Below are positions 1 to 8,671 of a stretch of DNA of 32,000 bases, in pieces. The stretch is from Candidatus Saccharimonadota bacterium (GTDB taxonomy: Bacteria > Patescibacteriota > Saccharimonadia > Saccharimonadales > UBA4665), in contig CP025011.1 in assembly GCA_002952755.1 (NCBI GenBank), forward strand, positions 630,001 through 662,000, in the 5' to 3' direction. The notes below the pieces were generated by a model. The model was not told where the DNA came from, made no database searches, and saw nothing but the letters and a program-made list of their open reading frames with translations. Position 1 is the stretch's first letter. Every line of letters begins with the position of its first letter. The position numbers and the translations under genes are program-made.

Positions 1-70
1 CGGGTATGGGCATCGATTCGAGTTTAAGCTGATTAACACTGCCAAATTGACGTAGAACGTAAGCTTGCAT
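1..70 (-). CDS. Partial (first 23 codons, runs off window) zinc-type alcohol dehydrogenase / NADPH:quinone oxidoreductase-like protein
   Basis: Reverse complement of 1-70 reads ATG CAA GCT TAC... = MQAYVLRQFGSVNQLKLESMPIP, a typical N-terminus for MDR-superfamily quinone oxidoreductases. AAGGAGA Shine-Dalgarno (rc of 76-82) lies just upstream. Absent from the ORF track because it is cut by the window edge. Confidence 0.5.
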   Translation of the reverse strand, partial: MQAYVLRQFGSVNQLKLESMPIP

Positions 71-146
71 AGCTGTCTCCTTAGATTTTTTAATGTCCGT
101 ACAAAGTATGCTGAGCGCAAGTGCCGAGAAGATCAGATAGAGTGCA

Positions 147-632
147 CTAACTTTCTAACCGCTCTTGCAAAAGAGCGATGACCCGCTTCGCGACATCAAT
201 ATCTTCGAGAGATACACCTCGCAGAAAAGTCTCAGCATGCGCGATATGCGCTTGAAGCGCTGCCATGATACGCTCGCGGCCGGCGTTGGTCAGGCTTACG
301 GTCGCACTCCGTTTGTCGGCTGCCGAGGTCTCGCGCTTAATCAGGCCTTGCTGTTCAAGTAGCCGAAGGCGGTGTGTCATCGTGCCAGATGTGACGCCAG
401 CTTGACCCGCTAACTCCGTAGGCGTGCATTCATTAGCTCGGTAGAGCATAGCGAGCATGTCGTAGCTCCATGCCTCCAGGCTATAGTCGCGCAAGAGTAT
501 GTTGCGTTTGCGGCTGAGGGTAGCGGCAGTCTGCGCTAATCGGGCAAGTAGCTCTAACTTTTCAAGCTTTAGATCGGGGTGGTTCGTCAGCCATGCAGCT
601 TTTGCCTGTGTGAGGTAGTCTAATTTATTCAT
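147..632 (-). CDS. MarR family transcriptional regulator
   Basis: 161-aa ORF. The winged-HTH core TPTELAGQAGVTSGTMTHRLRLLEQQGLIKRETSAADKRSATVSLTNAGRE matches the MarR recognition helix plus wing. Co-directional with, and 76 nt upstream of, the oxidoreductase fragment. Confidence 0.85.
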   Translation of the reverse strand: MNKLDYLTQAKAAWLTNHPDLKLEKLELLARLAQTAATLSRKRNILLRDYSLEAWSYDMLAMLYRANECTPTELAGQAGVTSGTMTHRLRLLEQQGLIKRETSAADKRSATVSLTNAGRERIMAALQAHIAHAETFLRGVSLEDIDVAKRVIALLQERLES

Positions 633-1239
633 TTAGTACGATCTTGGTATAAACCAGATGGCATACCCTTGGCCTTTCTGGAGTGATTTTAGCAATTTTT
701 TAGTTTGACATCAAGCTTTTATTGACGTTGCCCCCTTCCAAAAAACTCCGACGCTGAAATACTATATCTCCGTTGTGCGGTAAGGTAACCTTAAATCCGG
801 GGAGTATCGAGAGGATTCCCTAAAGCTGTGGCCTATGATACTTGGCAATTTGAAGCAATTCGCAGAGAAATAGATTTGAGTGTTTGGTTATTTACTCTTG
901 TTGGTCAATCGCGTGTGAGATTACATTACCTACCTTTAGGACAGATGCCAGTTGCCAAATTGGTGCTCAACGACATGGTGATAGGCAGCGCGAGGTACCT
1001 CTTGCGCAAAAAGGGGGTATCCTTAACGGTGGCTGGTCTTAAGGCGACCTCGGTTTCAACCGTGGATTATAACGAATAACGACTAGCTAAAGCCGTTATT
1101 TTAAGCATAAGTGCAATGGCTGGGTGTGAGTTCGACGGAGGGAATACCCTGCTGGCTGGCTTTATACTTTTCGGTCAAAAGCTAGAAGAGTTTGGCTTTG
1201 CTATCATCAAGGCAAGACAATCGTCATCGATTTGTGAAT

Positions 1240-1419
1240 TTAACCTTTGAGGTTTTTCTGGAGCCACGTGGCAATTACGGGGTCTAACTTTTGGACAATA
1301 ATCTTAATCGCAAAATCCTCGATCTCACCGTTATGGACAGAAAATAGCTGTCCATTAATTTCCGGCAGAGTTAGGCTAGCTGACATTGCTGTCCGTTTAT
1401 TACCGTCAACAAGAGGACG
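1240..1419 (-). pseudogene. C-terminal remnant of a Doc (death-on-curing, Fic-fold) toxin
   Basis: Minus-strand frame reads RPLVDGNKRTAMSASLTLPEINGQLFSVHNGEIEDFAIKIIVQKLDPVIATWLQKNLKG*. The DGNKRTA core is the Doc/Fic signature, and the tail follows the usual ..NG......e...f...va.g.ld...ia.WL pattern. An in-frame TAA lies 2 codons upstream, the motif His is absent (LRRPLVDGNKR instead of HxFxDGNKR), and there is no N-terminal half and no antitoxin gene. Confidence 0.6.
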
Positions 1420-1447
1420 CCGCAGTTATCGTACTGGCCGCCTATTG

Positions 1448-3343
1448 CTATTCTGGGCGGTTCGGTGAAGCACTTCCGAAAGCATACGGTGTCATGACAT
1501 TGTCATAACCAATCATAAGATCCATACCCTGGGCAGCATGGATGAGATTGTGGCAGTGCGACATCCAGATACCAGGGTTATCGGCGACGAAAGCTACCTC
1601 CCAGGTGTCGCCAGGTTTCACTTGCAGGGTATCAAGCTGAAGATTACTGCCGATATCGGGTTGCCCATTATGGCTGAGAACGGTGAAATGATGGCCATGA
1701 AGGTGCATAGGATGGTCATCTACAGTACGGTTGCGGAACGTAAATTTAACAGTATCGCCTTCGTGTACCATGAGCATCTTGGTATGGGGCAAAAGTTTGT
1801 CGTTGATGGTATGGATAGGCAGGAATTGTCCATCGAAGAAGCCAATGCTGGCATCGATATTTACCACGTAGGATTTATCGAAATGGCTTGAGGTAGTCAG
1901 GGTGCCTACAGTAGGTCTGCCGTACTGTGTCATATCGAAGAGCGGAGCTTGAGGTTGTGGGGCCAAGCGACCACTAGCGCTATCACTGCCGTATACCAAG
2001 GCTGGGCCGCTGGAACTAAGTGTGGCAAACTGCACAGATGTATGAGGCATAGCAAACGTCAGGTCTACTCGACTACCGGCAGGAATCTCTATACGCTGAG
2101 CATTAAGCAAGCCAGGATCCGTAAGATCGCGACCGTCAAGGGAAGCTACTCGGAATGGTACGCCCAGCAATTGTACGGTTTGCTCAACACTATCGGTGTT
2201 GGCAATACGCAGGCGAACACGCGTGCCTGGCGCTATTGGCGCATTATGAACCAGGGTATCGGTAGTATTGAAGCTAAGTCTCTGGCCGGATCCTGTGTCC
2301 CAGGTGTGAAGAGCGATGGTTTGATCGTACCCATCTATGGGTTTAGGCGGGTCTACGACAATAATACCAAACAGGCCTTTGGGCACCTGTACTGAGGTAT
2401 CCTGATGGGAATGATACCAGTAGGTGCCGGCATCCTTTGCAATAAAACGGTACGTAAAGGAGGCGCCGGGCAAGACGGCGTCTTGGGTGATACCGGCCAC
2501 ACCATCTTCTTTGTTCGGCAAATCTATGCCATGCCAGTGGATGGTTGTGGGCACACTCAAATGATTGGTGAGACTTACTTCTACCAAATCACCCTGAGTT
2601 ACGTGGAGTGTTGGAGCGGCGTCGCCAAATGTCCAAGCTTGGACCGTCGCACCAGAGCTCAGGTGTACGACCTGGGCAGACGCCGTGATATCGAAATGAT
2701 CAACTTTAGCGGCAGTTGTGGGACCGGCATAATCGTCGACTGTACGCATGGGCATCCCAGACATCATACGCATATCGGCCGCCGGCATGTTCATAGAAAT
2801 GATCGGCGGAAGAACGGATTGCTGTTGATGTACGATAGTGATTATGACAATAATTCCGATGGATGCTAACGACACGGCAAGCCTTGTGACTAACATCCAA
2901 GGGTTTGATAAGGCACGAGCGTAATGCCATCCGGCAGCAGCGCCAGTAGCAGCAAGAGCGAAGACAAATATAACGATTATGCCCGATACGCTGGGTCGCT
3001 GGATACTCAGATACGAACCAAAGCCAGCTGTGGGTGCAAGTGCCAGCTTAGTAAGCACATACTGTTTTGTGGCTAAGTGGTGACGACTACGCCATAACAA
3101 CCACAGCGCTCCCAACCAACCGCCCAGTGCACCGATCGCCCACGCATCCCCTATTTGAGCAGTGTAGGAAAGATAATAAATCCCAAAGATGATCATAGAA
3201 ATACCAAATATAAAAGTAAGTCTAGTCGGCAGGCGTCGCTGAGTGGATCCAAGCTGTGCGGGAAGAGCCCAGGCTACTATTGCCGTCAGGAAAGCAAAGA
3301 GAACTGATGATAACCAATATATGATATAAAGAGTGGTAAACAT
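1448..3343 (-). CDS. Multicopper oxidase with N-terminal polytopic membrane domain and Met-rich linker
   Basis: 631-aa ORF with all four copper-site motifs: HWHG (IHWHGIDLP), WYHSH, HPMHLHGH and HCHNLIHAAQGM. The first ~185 aa form about six hydrophobic helices, followed by MNMPAADMRMMSGMPM. The start overlaps the upstream SRPBCC stop (TAATG). Confidence 0.9.
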   Translation of the reverse strand: MFTTLYIIYWLSSVLFAFLTAIVAWALPAQLGSTQRRLPTRLTFIFGISMIIFGIYYLSYTAQIGDAWAIGALGGWLGALWLLWRSRHHLATKQYVLTKLALAPTAGFGSYLSIQRPSVSGIIVIFVFALAATGAAAGWHYARALSNPWMLVTRLAVSLASIGIIVIITIVHQQQSVLPPIISMNMPAADMRMMSGMPMRTVDDYAGPTTAAKVDHFDITASAQVVHLSSGATVQAWTFGDAAPTLHVTQGDLVEVSLTNHLSVPTTIHWHGIDLPNKEDGVAGITQDAVLPGASFTYRFIAKDAGTYWYHSHQDTSVQVPKGLFGIIVVDPPKPIDGYDQTIALHTWDTGSGQRLSFNTTDTLVHNAPIAPGTRVRLRIANTDSVEQTVQLLGVPFRVASLDGRDLTDPGLLNAQRIEIPAGSRVDLTFAMPHTSVQFATLSSSGPALVYGSDSASGRLAPQPQAPLFDMTQYGRPTVGTLTTSSHFDKSYVVNIDASIGFFDGQFLPIHTINDKLLPHTKMLMVHEGDTVKFTFRNRTVDDHPMHLHGHHFTVLSHNGQPDIGSNLQLDTLQVKPGDTWEVAFVADNPGIWMSHCHNLIHAAQGMDLMIGYDNVMTPYAFGSASPNRPE

Positions 3344-3753
3344 TAGGCTTCGGCGAGCTGGATGATTCGCTCGATGCCGCCTTGTAGAAGTTTGGGGCTA
3401 AGCAGAAGAGACCATATCTTTTGCAATGGCCCGTCTAAGTCTAAGCGATGGGTAATACGCGTTTCGGATGTACTGATTGGCTCAATATCGTGATGGATAT
3501 ACATAGCACAGCCGGGCATTTTGGATACCATAGTGAACTCACGCTCTGGCTCGACGCTCATTATAGTGAACTTGACCTTTGGGCCTAGCTTGGGCTTCAT
3601 GATGCCTATAGAACCGGCCACAAATGGTCCTTGAAATGTACCCCATGCCATAGACTTATCCCAGCGAGGCCAGGCTTCAACGTGTTTATAGACTTTCCAA
3701 ATGGCAGTTGGACTTGCGGAGGTTGTGGCTGTGTGGCGTGCTGTTTCAATCAT
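3343..3753 (-). CDS. SRPBCC (polyketide cyclase/dehydrase-like) family protein
   Basis: 136-aa ORF. The N-terminal IWKVYKHVEAWPRWD pattern and the size fit the SRPBCC/START-like fold. Translationally coupled to the multicopper oxidase. Confidence 0.7.
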   Translation of the reverse strand: MIETARHTATTSASPTAIWKVYKHVEAWPRWDKSMAWGTFQGPFVAGSIGIMKPKLGPKVKFTIMSVEPEREFTMVSKMPGCAMYIHHDIEPISTSETRITHRLDLDGPLQKIWSLLLSPKLLQGGIERIIQLAEA

Positions 3754-3769
3754 AGGTCTTAGTATAAGT

Positions 3770-3785
3770 TAATATATTACGTAAT
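3770..3785. promoter_or_regulatory. Overlapping AT-rich palindromes in divergent SRPBCC/MarR promoter (candidate MarR operator)
   Basis: TAATATATTA (3770-3779) and ATTACGTAAT (3776-3785) are each perfect palindromes. They sit between divergent genes whose starts are at 3753 and 3835. Confidence 0.3.
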
Positions 3786-3834
3786 GTCAAATATCTATTT
3801 GACGAAGTTTACTATCTATGATATCATTAGAATT

Positions 3835-4248
3835 ATGAATGAGCCCGAAATTCAAGATACAACCTACTGGCTTATGGGAGCTATTTTGTCTACTGTTCGG
3901 GAACGAGTAGCTCATGTAGCGAATGCCCATGGTTTAACTATTAAACAGGCTGAGGCGCTATGCACTCTTGTTCCGGGCCAACCTCAACCAATCCGGGTTT
4001 TACGTGAGCGGATATCGTGTGATGCCTCGAGCGCTACCGGAATTTTGGACCGGCTAGAGAGACGCGGATTCATTGAACGGCTACCTGATCTCCAAGACCG
4101 CCGTATCCGTGCAGTTGCTATCACGCCAACTGGACGTAACGTGCGATCGCTGCTCATAGACGAAATATTGCAAGCTCAGAATGACCAATTGAGTATCCTT
4201 AGCAAGTCAGAAGCGAAGGCTCTGACGAAACTGCTAAAAAAGCTATAG
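3835..4248 (+). CDS. MarR family transcriptional regulator
   Basis: The ORF track gives 3784-4248. An ATG at 3835 (MNEPEIQ...) is the more plausible start because 3784 lies inside the operator-like palindrome. The wHTH core is IRVLRERISCDASSATGILDRLERRGFIERLPDLQDRRIRAVAITPTGR. Confidence 0.8.
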   Translation: MNEPEIQDTTYWLMGAILSTVRERVAHVANAHGLTIKQAEALCTLVPGQPQPIRVLRERISCDASSATGILDRLERRGFIERLPDLQDRRIRAVAITPTGRNVRSLLIDEILQAQNDQLSILSKSEAKALTKLLKKL

Positions 4249-4307
4249 CCCCATGAAACAAGGCCTTTCCCTGTCTGCTATCCTGAAAAAATGACGAATA
4301 TACCAAA

Positions 4308-4344
4308 AACAACCACCTCAGGCTTTAAGCGCCGTGGTTGTTTT
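4308..4344 (+). terminator. Hairpin terminator candidate downstream of marR
   Basis: AACAACCAC (4308-4316) pairs with GTGGTTGTT (4334-4342) and runs into TTTT, with an A-run before it. The 17-nt loop is large, so this is only moderate. Confidence 0.4.
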
Positions 4345-4534
4345 GCCAACGCCATTGACGTCGAGTAGCGTTAGCGCATTACCCCTGGATACAGACAGCT
4401 AACCTTGCCCAAGACCTTCACCCATAAGCAAAAGACTATTTGGAGCAATCAGCCTAAGCAAGAACGATCTCCTATGAGTAAACAATACAGTGTTGTCCTT
4501 TTTTTCCGACTATTACGTTCAAGCCTAACAGTAC

Positions 4535-4680
4535 CTTCTTCACTTCTCCAGCTCGCTTGCAGTAGGCACAAATCACACCATTTGAGGTAACAAGATTGTT
4601 CAGCATCATAAAGGCCACGGCTATGGCACCCTCGCCAAACAGATGATTGCCGCACCAAGTGTCCTAAGTGGTCATATCCT
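4535..4680 (-). pseudogene. Remnant of a RibD_C/dihydrofolate-reductase-family gene (C-terminal end only)
   Basis: The minus frame reads ...FGEGAIAVAFMMLNNLVTSNGVICAYCKRAGEVKK. This parallels the C-terminus of the intact paralog at 9443-10054 (FDESSMPAAFTLTDSVVTPNGVICACYKRAGEVKT). An in-frame stop lies upstream and no N-terminal part exists. Confidence 0.55.
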
Positions 4681-4685
4681 CCCAA

Positions 4686-4789
4686 ACACTTGGCGAACTG
4701 CTCGTGTGCCAACCTGCGTATTTTCAACAGATTCGAAGTCTTCAAAAGTTTGGAATAGGCACTAGGAGTATACGAGGTTCACTATCCCC
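4686..4789 (-). repeat. Diverged repeat arm A (inverted relative to arm B at 13610-13694)
   Basis: The reverse complement reads GGGGATAGTGAACCT[cgtatactcctagtgcct]ATTCCAAACTTTTGAAGACTTCGAATCTGTT...CAGTTCGCCAAGTG. Arm B reads GGGGATAGTGAACCTATTCCAAACTTTTGAAGATTTTGAATCTGTT...CGGTTCGCCAAGTG. Confidence 0.7.
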
Positions 4790-5365
4790 AGCCATATAGT
4801 TTTTATACCCGCAATAGCGGCAGTTTCTTCCTCAACAGAGCCATAATTTGAGATTCTAACCTTCTCGTACTCAGCCTTGAGTGCTGGTAGGCCTTTTTGG
4901 ATAGGAATAAGCCACTCAAAAGGCATTGATTCGATTTTCCCGCCATAAAGTATCGGGTTTGAACCCAGTGCCAGCAAGACGTCGCGCTTGGCCGTAATAT
5001 CAGCACAATCAATCCCGCAATAAGTCTGGTTCCGGACAATGCCAATGCAGAATTGGATATTCGATTCGTAAGGACTGACGCCACTTTGCCGACAAACTGC
5101 CGATTAAAGCATTTTTTGCCAGCATCGATCCAACCGTAACTATCCAATTTATTTCCGGCGTAGAGCGCGCTATTGAAGTAGACCCCGAAAATTCTTCTTA
5201 ATTACTGTTAAAGGACTCAATGTCACAAATAACGGAAAAGCCCCATCCTTTATTCGCAAGCACGGTTCTGCGGATGCCTGTTTCTATTCTCCACACGCCG
5301 TCGTGTTCGACCCCTCCGGTGCCAGCATACACAGCGATAACGAATAGTTTACCTTCACCTCACAT
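4762..5365 (-). pseudogene. Frameshifted/decayed gene of unknown function
   Basis: Coding-looking pieces sit in three different minus-strand frames. They are GKLFVIAVYAGTGGVEHDGVWRIETGIRRTVLANKGWGF..., ...LYAGNKLDSYGWIDAGKKCFN... and DITAKRDVLLALGSNPILYGGKIESMPFEWLIPIQKGLPALKAEYEKV.... An ATG is immediately followed by TGA at 5365-5360. No family recognised. Confidence 0.35.
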
Positions 5366-5415
5366 GATCGGTCAGGCCGCTTGAACGTGTGCTTGGATAT
5401 GCCTAGCCATTTCCT

Positions 5416-6780
5416 TTAATTACTTTTTGTTTTGATGAAGGTTATTTTGCCGCTGGCATCTCTGGGCAACGCTTCGACACGCCTAATCTCTAGACTAGGC
5501 GCAAGCGCACCTCCCTCTGTCAATGCCGCTACCAGCCTTTGCTTGATAGTTGTTTCGTTGAACGAGCCCTGCGCACCGGAAACAACGAGACGCAGCGTTG
5601 CCTTGTTTACGGTCAGCTGCCACCCAGTGATAGGCTGCGTGTCTAGAATATTATGGAATACCAGGGGATGAATGCTGACCGTTGCGCCCTTCTTTTTTGC
5701 CGGTAGCTCAAGACATTCTTCGTGTCGTCCCTGGATACTGTCTATGAGCAAAAATGGCCGGCCGCATGAACAGGCTTTGGTTGCGAGACGGATAGAATCG
5801 CTTATCTCGTAGCGGATGAGCGGCTGCGTGTACTTGAAAAATCCGGTCACGAGCAGCTTGTCGCCGAATGTCCCAGCCGGAACAGGCTGGTTGTTGGCGT
5901 CCACTACTTCACAAATCATACGATCTTCCATAAGATGCATTCCTTCATGTCGGTCACACTCCAGGGCGATGCCGCCGATCTCGGTTGCGGCATAGGTATT
6001 AAAAATAATGTTACCCCAGGCACGTTCCATAGAATGTCGCATTTCATCGGTAAGCACCTCAGAGCCACTGAGTATGGTGCGCGGTGCAATACTAAGATGT
6101 CCGCGGTCTTGCTCGATGGCAAGCAACCGGCCAATCGAGGCATACACGCTGAGAACCTCGGGCTGCAGTTTATTTAGGGCAGCGACCATTCTCTCGGTCG
6201 GCTCATTAGCTGCAAACATAATGCCGGGCATGAGCAGCTTCTTCAAAAAAGTCGATCCGCCTTGGGCCGACATATGAAATGGAGAAGTTGACGCCACTGC
6301 AGCCATAGTAACCCGGTGCGTCAGGCTCGGTTTCACACCAGTCCACTGCCCGAGGCGTCCGACCAAAAAGGCCATGATGCTCGTCCATTCCTGCTCGGTG
6401 AAAAGTGTTATGCCTGGCCGACCAGTACTACCAGAAGTCGTGACGATCCGATACTTGCCCTGAAACTTTTCGCCTGGCCGCATATGATCCATATACCGCC
6501 GCACGTTTGCTATAGTCACATTTCTATCGGTCACCAGATCGTCAAAGTGAGACATAGCAATCTCTTTGGTGATGACGGGCAACTCATCCAAGGGAGCGTC
6601 ATACAAGCCCTTGTGAAATTCTTGATAAAAAGGTGACTGTGCATACACGCGTTGACGAAGTTTCTGGAGTTGCACGGCCTGATACCGTTTTAGCTCCGGA
6701 CGCGTCCAGTGCTCAGCCCTCTTCATAGCCCTGATTTCTGTCAGTAATTGCAAGAGATTCATATATCTATTATAGACCAC
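5416..6780 (-). CDS. Phenylacetate-CoA ligase family / coenzyme F390 synthetase-like adenylate-forming enzyme
   Basis: 454-aa ORF with the AMP-binding P-loop-like motif TTSGSTGRPG and YAATEIGG, and the PaaK-like length and layout. Confidence 0.8.
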   Translation of the reverse strand: MVYNRYMNLLQLLTEIRAMKRAEHWTRPELKRYQAVQLQKLRQRVYAQSPFYQEFHKGLYDAPLDELPVITKEIAMSHFDDLVTDRNVTIANVRRYMDHMRPGEKFQGKYRIVTTSGSTGRPGITLFTEQEWTSIMAFLVGRLGQWTGVKPSLTHRVTMAAVASTSPFHMSAQGGSTFLKKLLMPGIMFAANEPTERMVAALNKLQPEVLSVYASIGRLLAIEQDRGHLSIAPRTILSGSEVLTDEMRHSMERAWGNIIFNTYAATEIGGIALECDRHEGMHLMEDRMICEVVDANNQPVPAGTFGDKLLVTGFFKYTQPLIRYEISDSIRLATKACSCGRPFLLIDSIQGRHEECLELPAKKKGATVSIHPLVFHNILDTQPITGWQLTVNKATLRLVVSGAQGSFNETTIKQRLVAALTEGGALAPSLEIRRVEALPRDASGKITFIKTKSN

Positions 6781-6980
6781 GCGTCTATGTGCGCAGTACC
6801 GCCGGCCAAATATTCGCCAGGGCTTTACAACGCGCTTTCCACGCTAATGGAAACAACCAGCATGAGCTATACGTTCAAACTTTTGACGATATTCATCTTG
6901 TGTTTTAGACGATTGAGCTGCACTAGACATATCGCAACGATCCAATCTTCATATTTTTGGCATTATAATTAGCAGATATT

Positions 6981-7793
6981 CTAGACATTGGCGGCGAATG
7001 TGCCGATGTCGTCCACTAGTTGCTCCATATGCGTAAGGAACAGACCGTTCGGCGCACCTTCATATACCTTAAGCTGACTGTTGGGCACGAGCTCAGCAGT
7101 CTTTTGCCCGGACGATTCCAGTGAGTGCGACACGTCTTTGTCGCCATGAACAATCAGCAGCGGTACCTTAAAGGCGGCGAGTTCTTTGCAAAAATCAGCT
7201 TTGGTCATTGTCGCCAGGCAAGCGACATGTGCTTGAAGTGAGCTATGCAGAATAATGCGCACCGCCCAGTCTTTTACGCTCTGCGGTGTACTGGGGCTGA
7301 AGAATGGATCGATGTTTTTCTCTAGCCAGGCGGGCAAGCTGCTGGCAATGTCGTTACTGATTTGCTCCAAAATGGTGTCATCCCAACCATTGGGGTTGTC
7401 TTCAGATTTGCGGATGAGCGGCGTTGCGGTGCCAACAAACACTGCGCCTTTGACGCGCCCTGAGTCGTGTCGGCTGAGGTAGCGCGTAATTTCGCCACAG
7501 CCCATGGAACTGCCCACAAGAATCGCGTCCTCTAGCTGTAATGTTTCAATGACGTTGTTAAGGTCGCTAGCCAGGGTGTCGTAGTCGTAACCCTCGCCAG
7601 GGTCACTAGAGTTGCCGTGCCCGCGTCGGTCAAAGGCTATACAGCGATAGCCCTTCTGGCACAGCGCTAGCATGACATTACACCAAACATCGCTGTTAAA
7701 CCCCCAGCCGGCTAAAAATACAATGGGTCTGCCTTTGCCCCAATCGCGGTAAAAAAGTTGTGTTGTGTTATTGATAGTAATTAAGTTGTTCAT
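6981..7793 (-). CDS. Alpha/beta hydrolase (non-haem haloperoxidase/arylesterase-like)
   Basis: 270-aa ORF. N-terminus FYRDWGKGRPIVFLAGWGFNSDVWCNVM...FDRRGHGNSS, nucleophile elbow GSSMG, and C-terminal HGDKD...GAPNG(L)FLTH. Confidence 0.85.
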   Translation of the reverse strand: MNNLITINNTTQLFYRDWGKGRPIVFLAGWGFNSDVWCNVMLALCQKGYRCIAFDRRGHGNSSDPGEGYDYDTLASDLNNVIETLQLEDAILVGSSMGCGEITRYLSRHDSGRVKGAVFVGTATPLIRKSEDNPNGWDDTILEQISNDIASSLPAWLEKNIDPFFSPSTPQSVKDWAVRIILHSSLQAHVACLATMTKADFCKELAAFKVPLLIVHGDKDVSHSLESSGQKTAELVPNSQLKVYEGAPNGLFLTHMEQLVDDIGTFAANV

Positions 7794-7861
7794 GTAGTTC
7801 TCCTTCTTGATCTAGTCTACATCGTTAGGTAAGTGATACAATTACCTTTGAAGTAAGAATT

Positions 7862-8671
7862 ATGAGTGATTTAACTATAAAACCAATGGAACAAGAAAAT
7901 GCAGGCGCACACTTGCGTAAGTGGCGCCGACATCGGCGTTTGAGCCAGCTTGAGCTCGCTATGCGCGCTGGTGTGTCGGGCCGCCACCTGAGCTTCATAG
8001 AATCTGGTCGCGCCCAGCCTAGTCGAGCAATGATTCTTAAACTTGCCACACAGCTGGCGATTCCGACACGCGGCGTCAACGAAATCTTGCAAGCCGGCGG
8101 CTTTGCCAATGCCTATCCGTTCCACGATCAACCCGACAAGCGCTTGGAAGTACGGCTACGGACTGTGCAGCAGATTCTTGATGCGCACAATCCATACCCG
8201 GCCTTTGCCATCAATCGGTGGTGGGAAGCAGTGGCGACCAATCGAGCATTCGCACTATTTAATGACAATGTAGATCCCACGCTGCTTCAGCCGCCTATGA
8301 ATATCCTGCGTCTTTGCCTACACCCCAGCGGGCTTGCGCCCCACATTCTCAACCTACCAGAGGTAACGCAGTTTATTTTTGCGCGGCTGGATCGAGATAT
8401 CGAGCGCACGGCCGACCCAGTACTCATTGCTCTGAAGCAAGAATTGTTTTCATACGTGGAGGAAGTGCAGAGTAAGCCTTCGCAAACGCCTGGCTTAGCG
8501 GAGGTATTGACCCCGCTCCGTTTGCGCACGCCCCATAGCGATGTCGCGCTCTTCGGCATGGTAACAGTATTTGGTACACCTAACGACGTTACGCTTTCGG
8601 AGCTTGCCATCGAAACGTTTTTTCCAGCCGATGAGGCCACGGAGCAACTTCTAGCCACAATGAATGCTTAG
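7862..8671 (+). CDS. XRE-family HTH regulator with MmyB-like C-terminal domain
   Basis: 269-aa ORF. HTH LRKWRRHRRLSQLELAMRAGVSGRHLSFIESGRAQPSRAMILKLATQL is followed by a ~190-aa ligand-domain-sized region typical of MmyB-like regulators. Divergent from the hydrolase gene. Confidence 0.8.
   Translation: MSDLTIKPMEQENAGAHLRKWRRHRRLSQLELAMRAGVSGRHLSFIESGRAQPSRAMILKLATQLAIPTRGVNEILQAGGFANAYPFHDQPDKRLEVRLRTVQQILDAHNPYPAFAINRWWEAVATNRAFALFNDNVDPTLLQPPMNILRLCLHPSGLAPHILNLPEVTQFIFARLDRDIERTADPVLIALKQELFSYVEEVQSKPSQTPGLAEVLTPLRLRTPHSDVALFGMVTVFGTPNDVTLSELAIETFFPADEATEQLLATMNA

Noticed and set aside
828-1079. 83-aa GTG-initiated ORF in the marR / Doc-remnant spacer
   Set aside because: No Shine-Dalgarno sequence, no recognisable motif and an unusual composition. 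It cannot be supported as a gene from sequence alone. It may be further decayed DNA.
1538-2930. ORFs 1538-1891, 1949-2395 and 2405-2869 (+), and 2706-2930 (-), inside the multicopper oxidase gene
   Set aside because: They are antisense or out-of-frame overlaps of a 631-aa gene that carries all four copper-binding motifs. No motifs of their own.
4405-4745. ORFs 4405-4590 (+) and 4449-4745 (-)
   Set aside because: They overlap each other in a region that reads better as a DHFR-family gene stump plus a repeat arm in other frames. The translations are Cys/Arg/Leu-rich noise.
5432-6636. Plus-strand and alternative-frame ORFs within the ligase gene (5432-5671, 5935-6177, 6008-6277, 6316-6636, 5916-6143, 6206-6388)
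   Set aside because: They overlap the 454-aa adenylate-forming ligase ORF and have no independent support.
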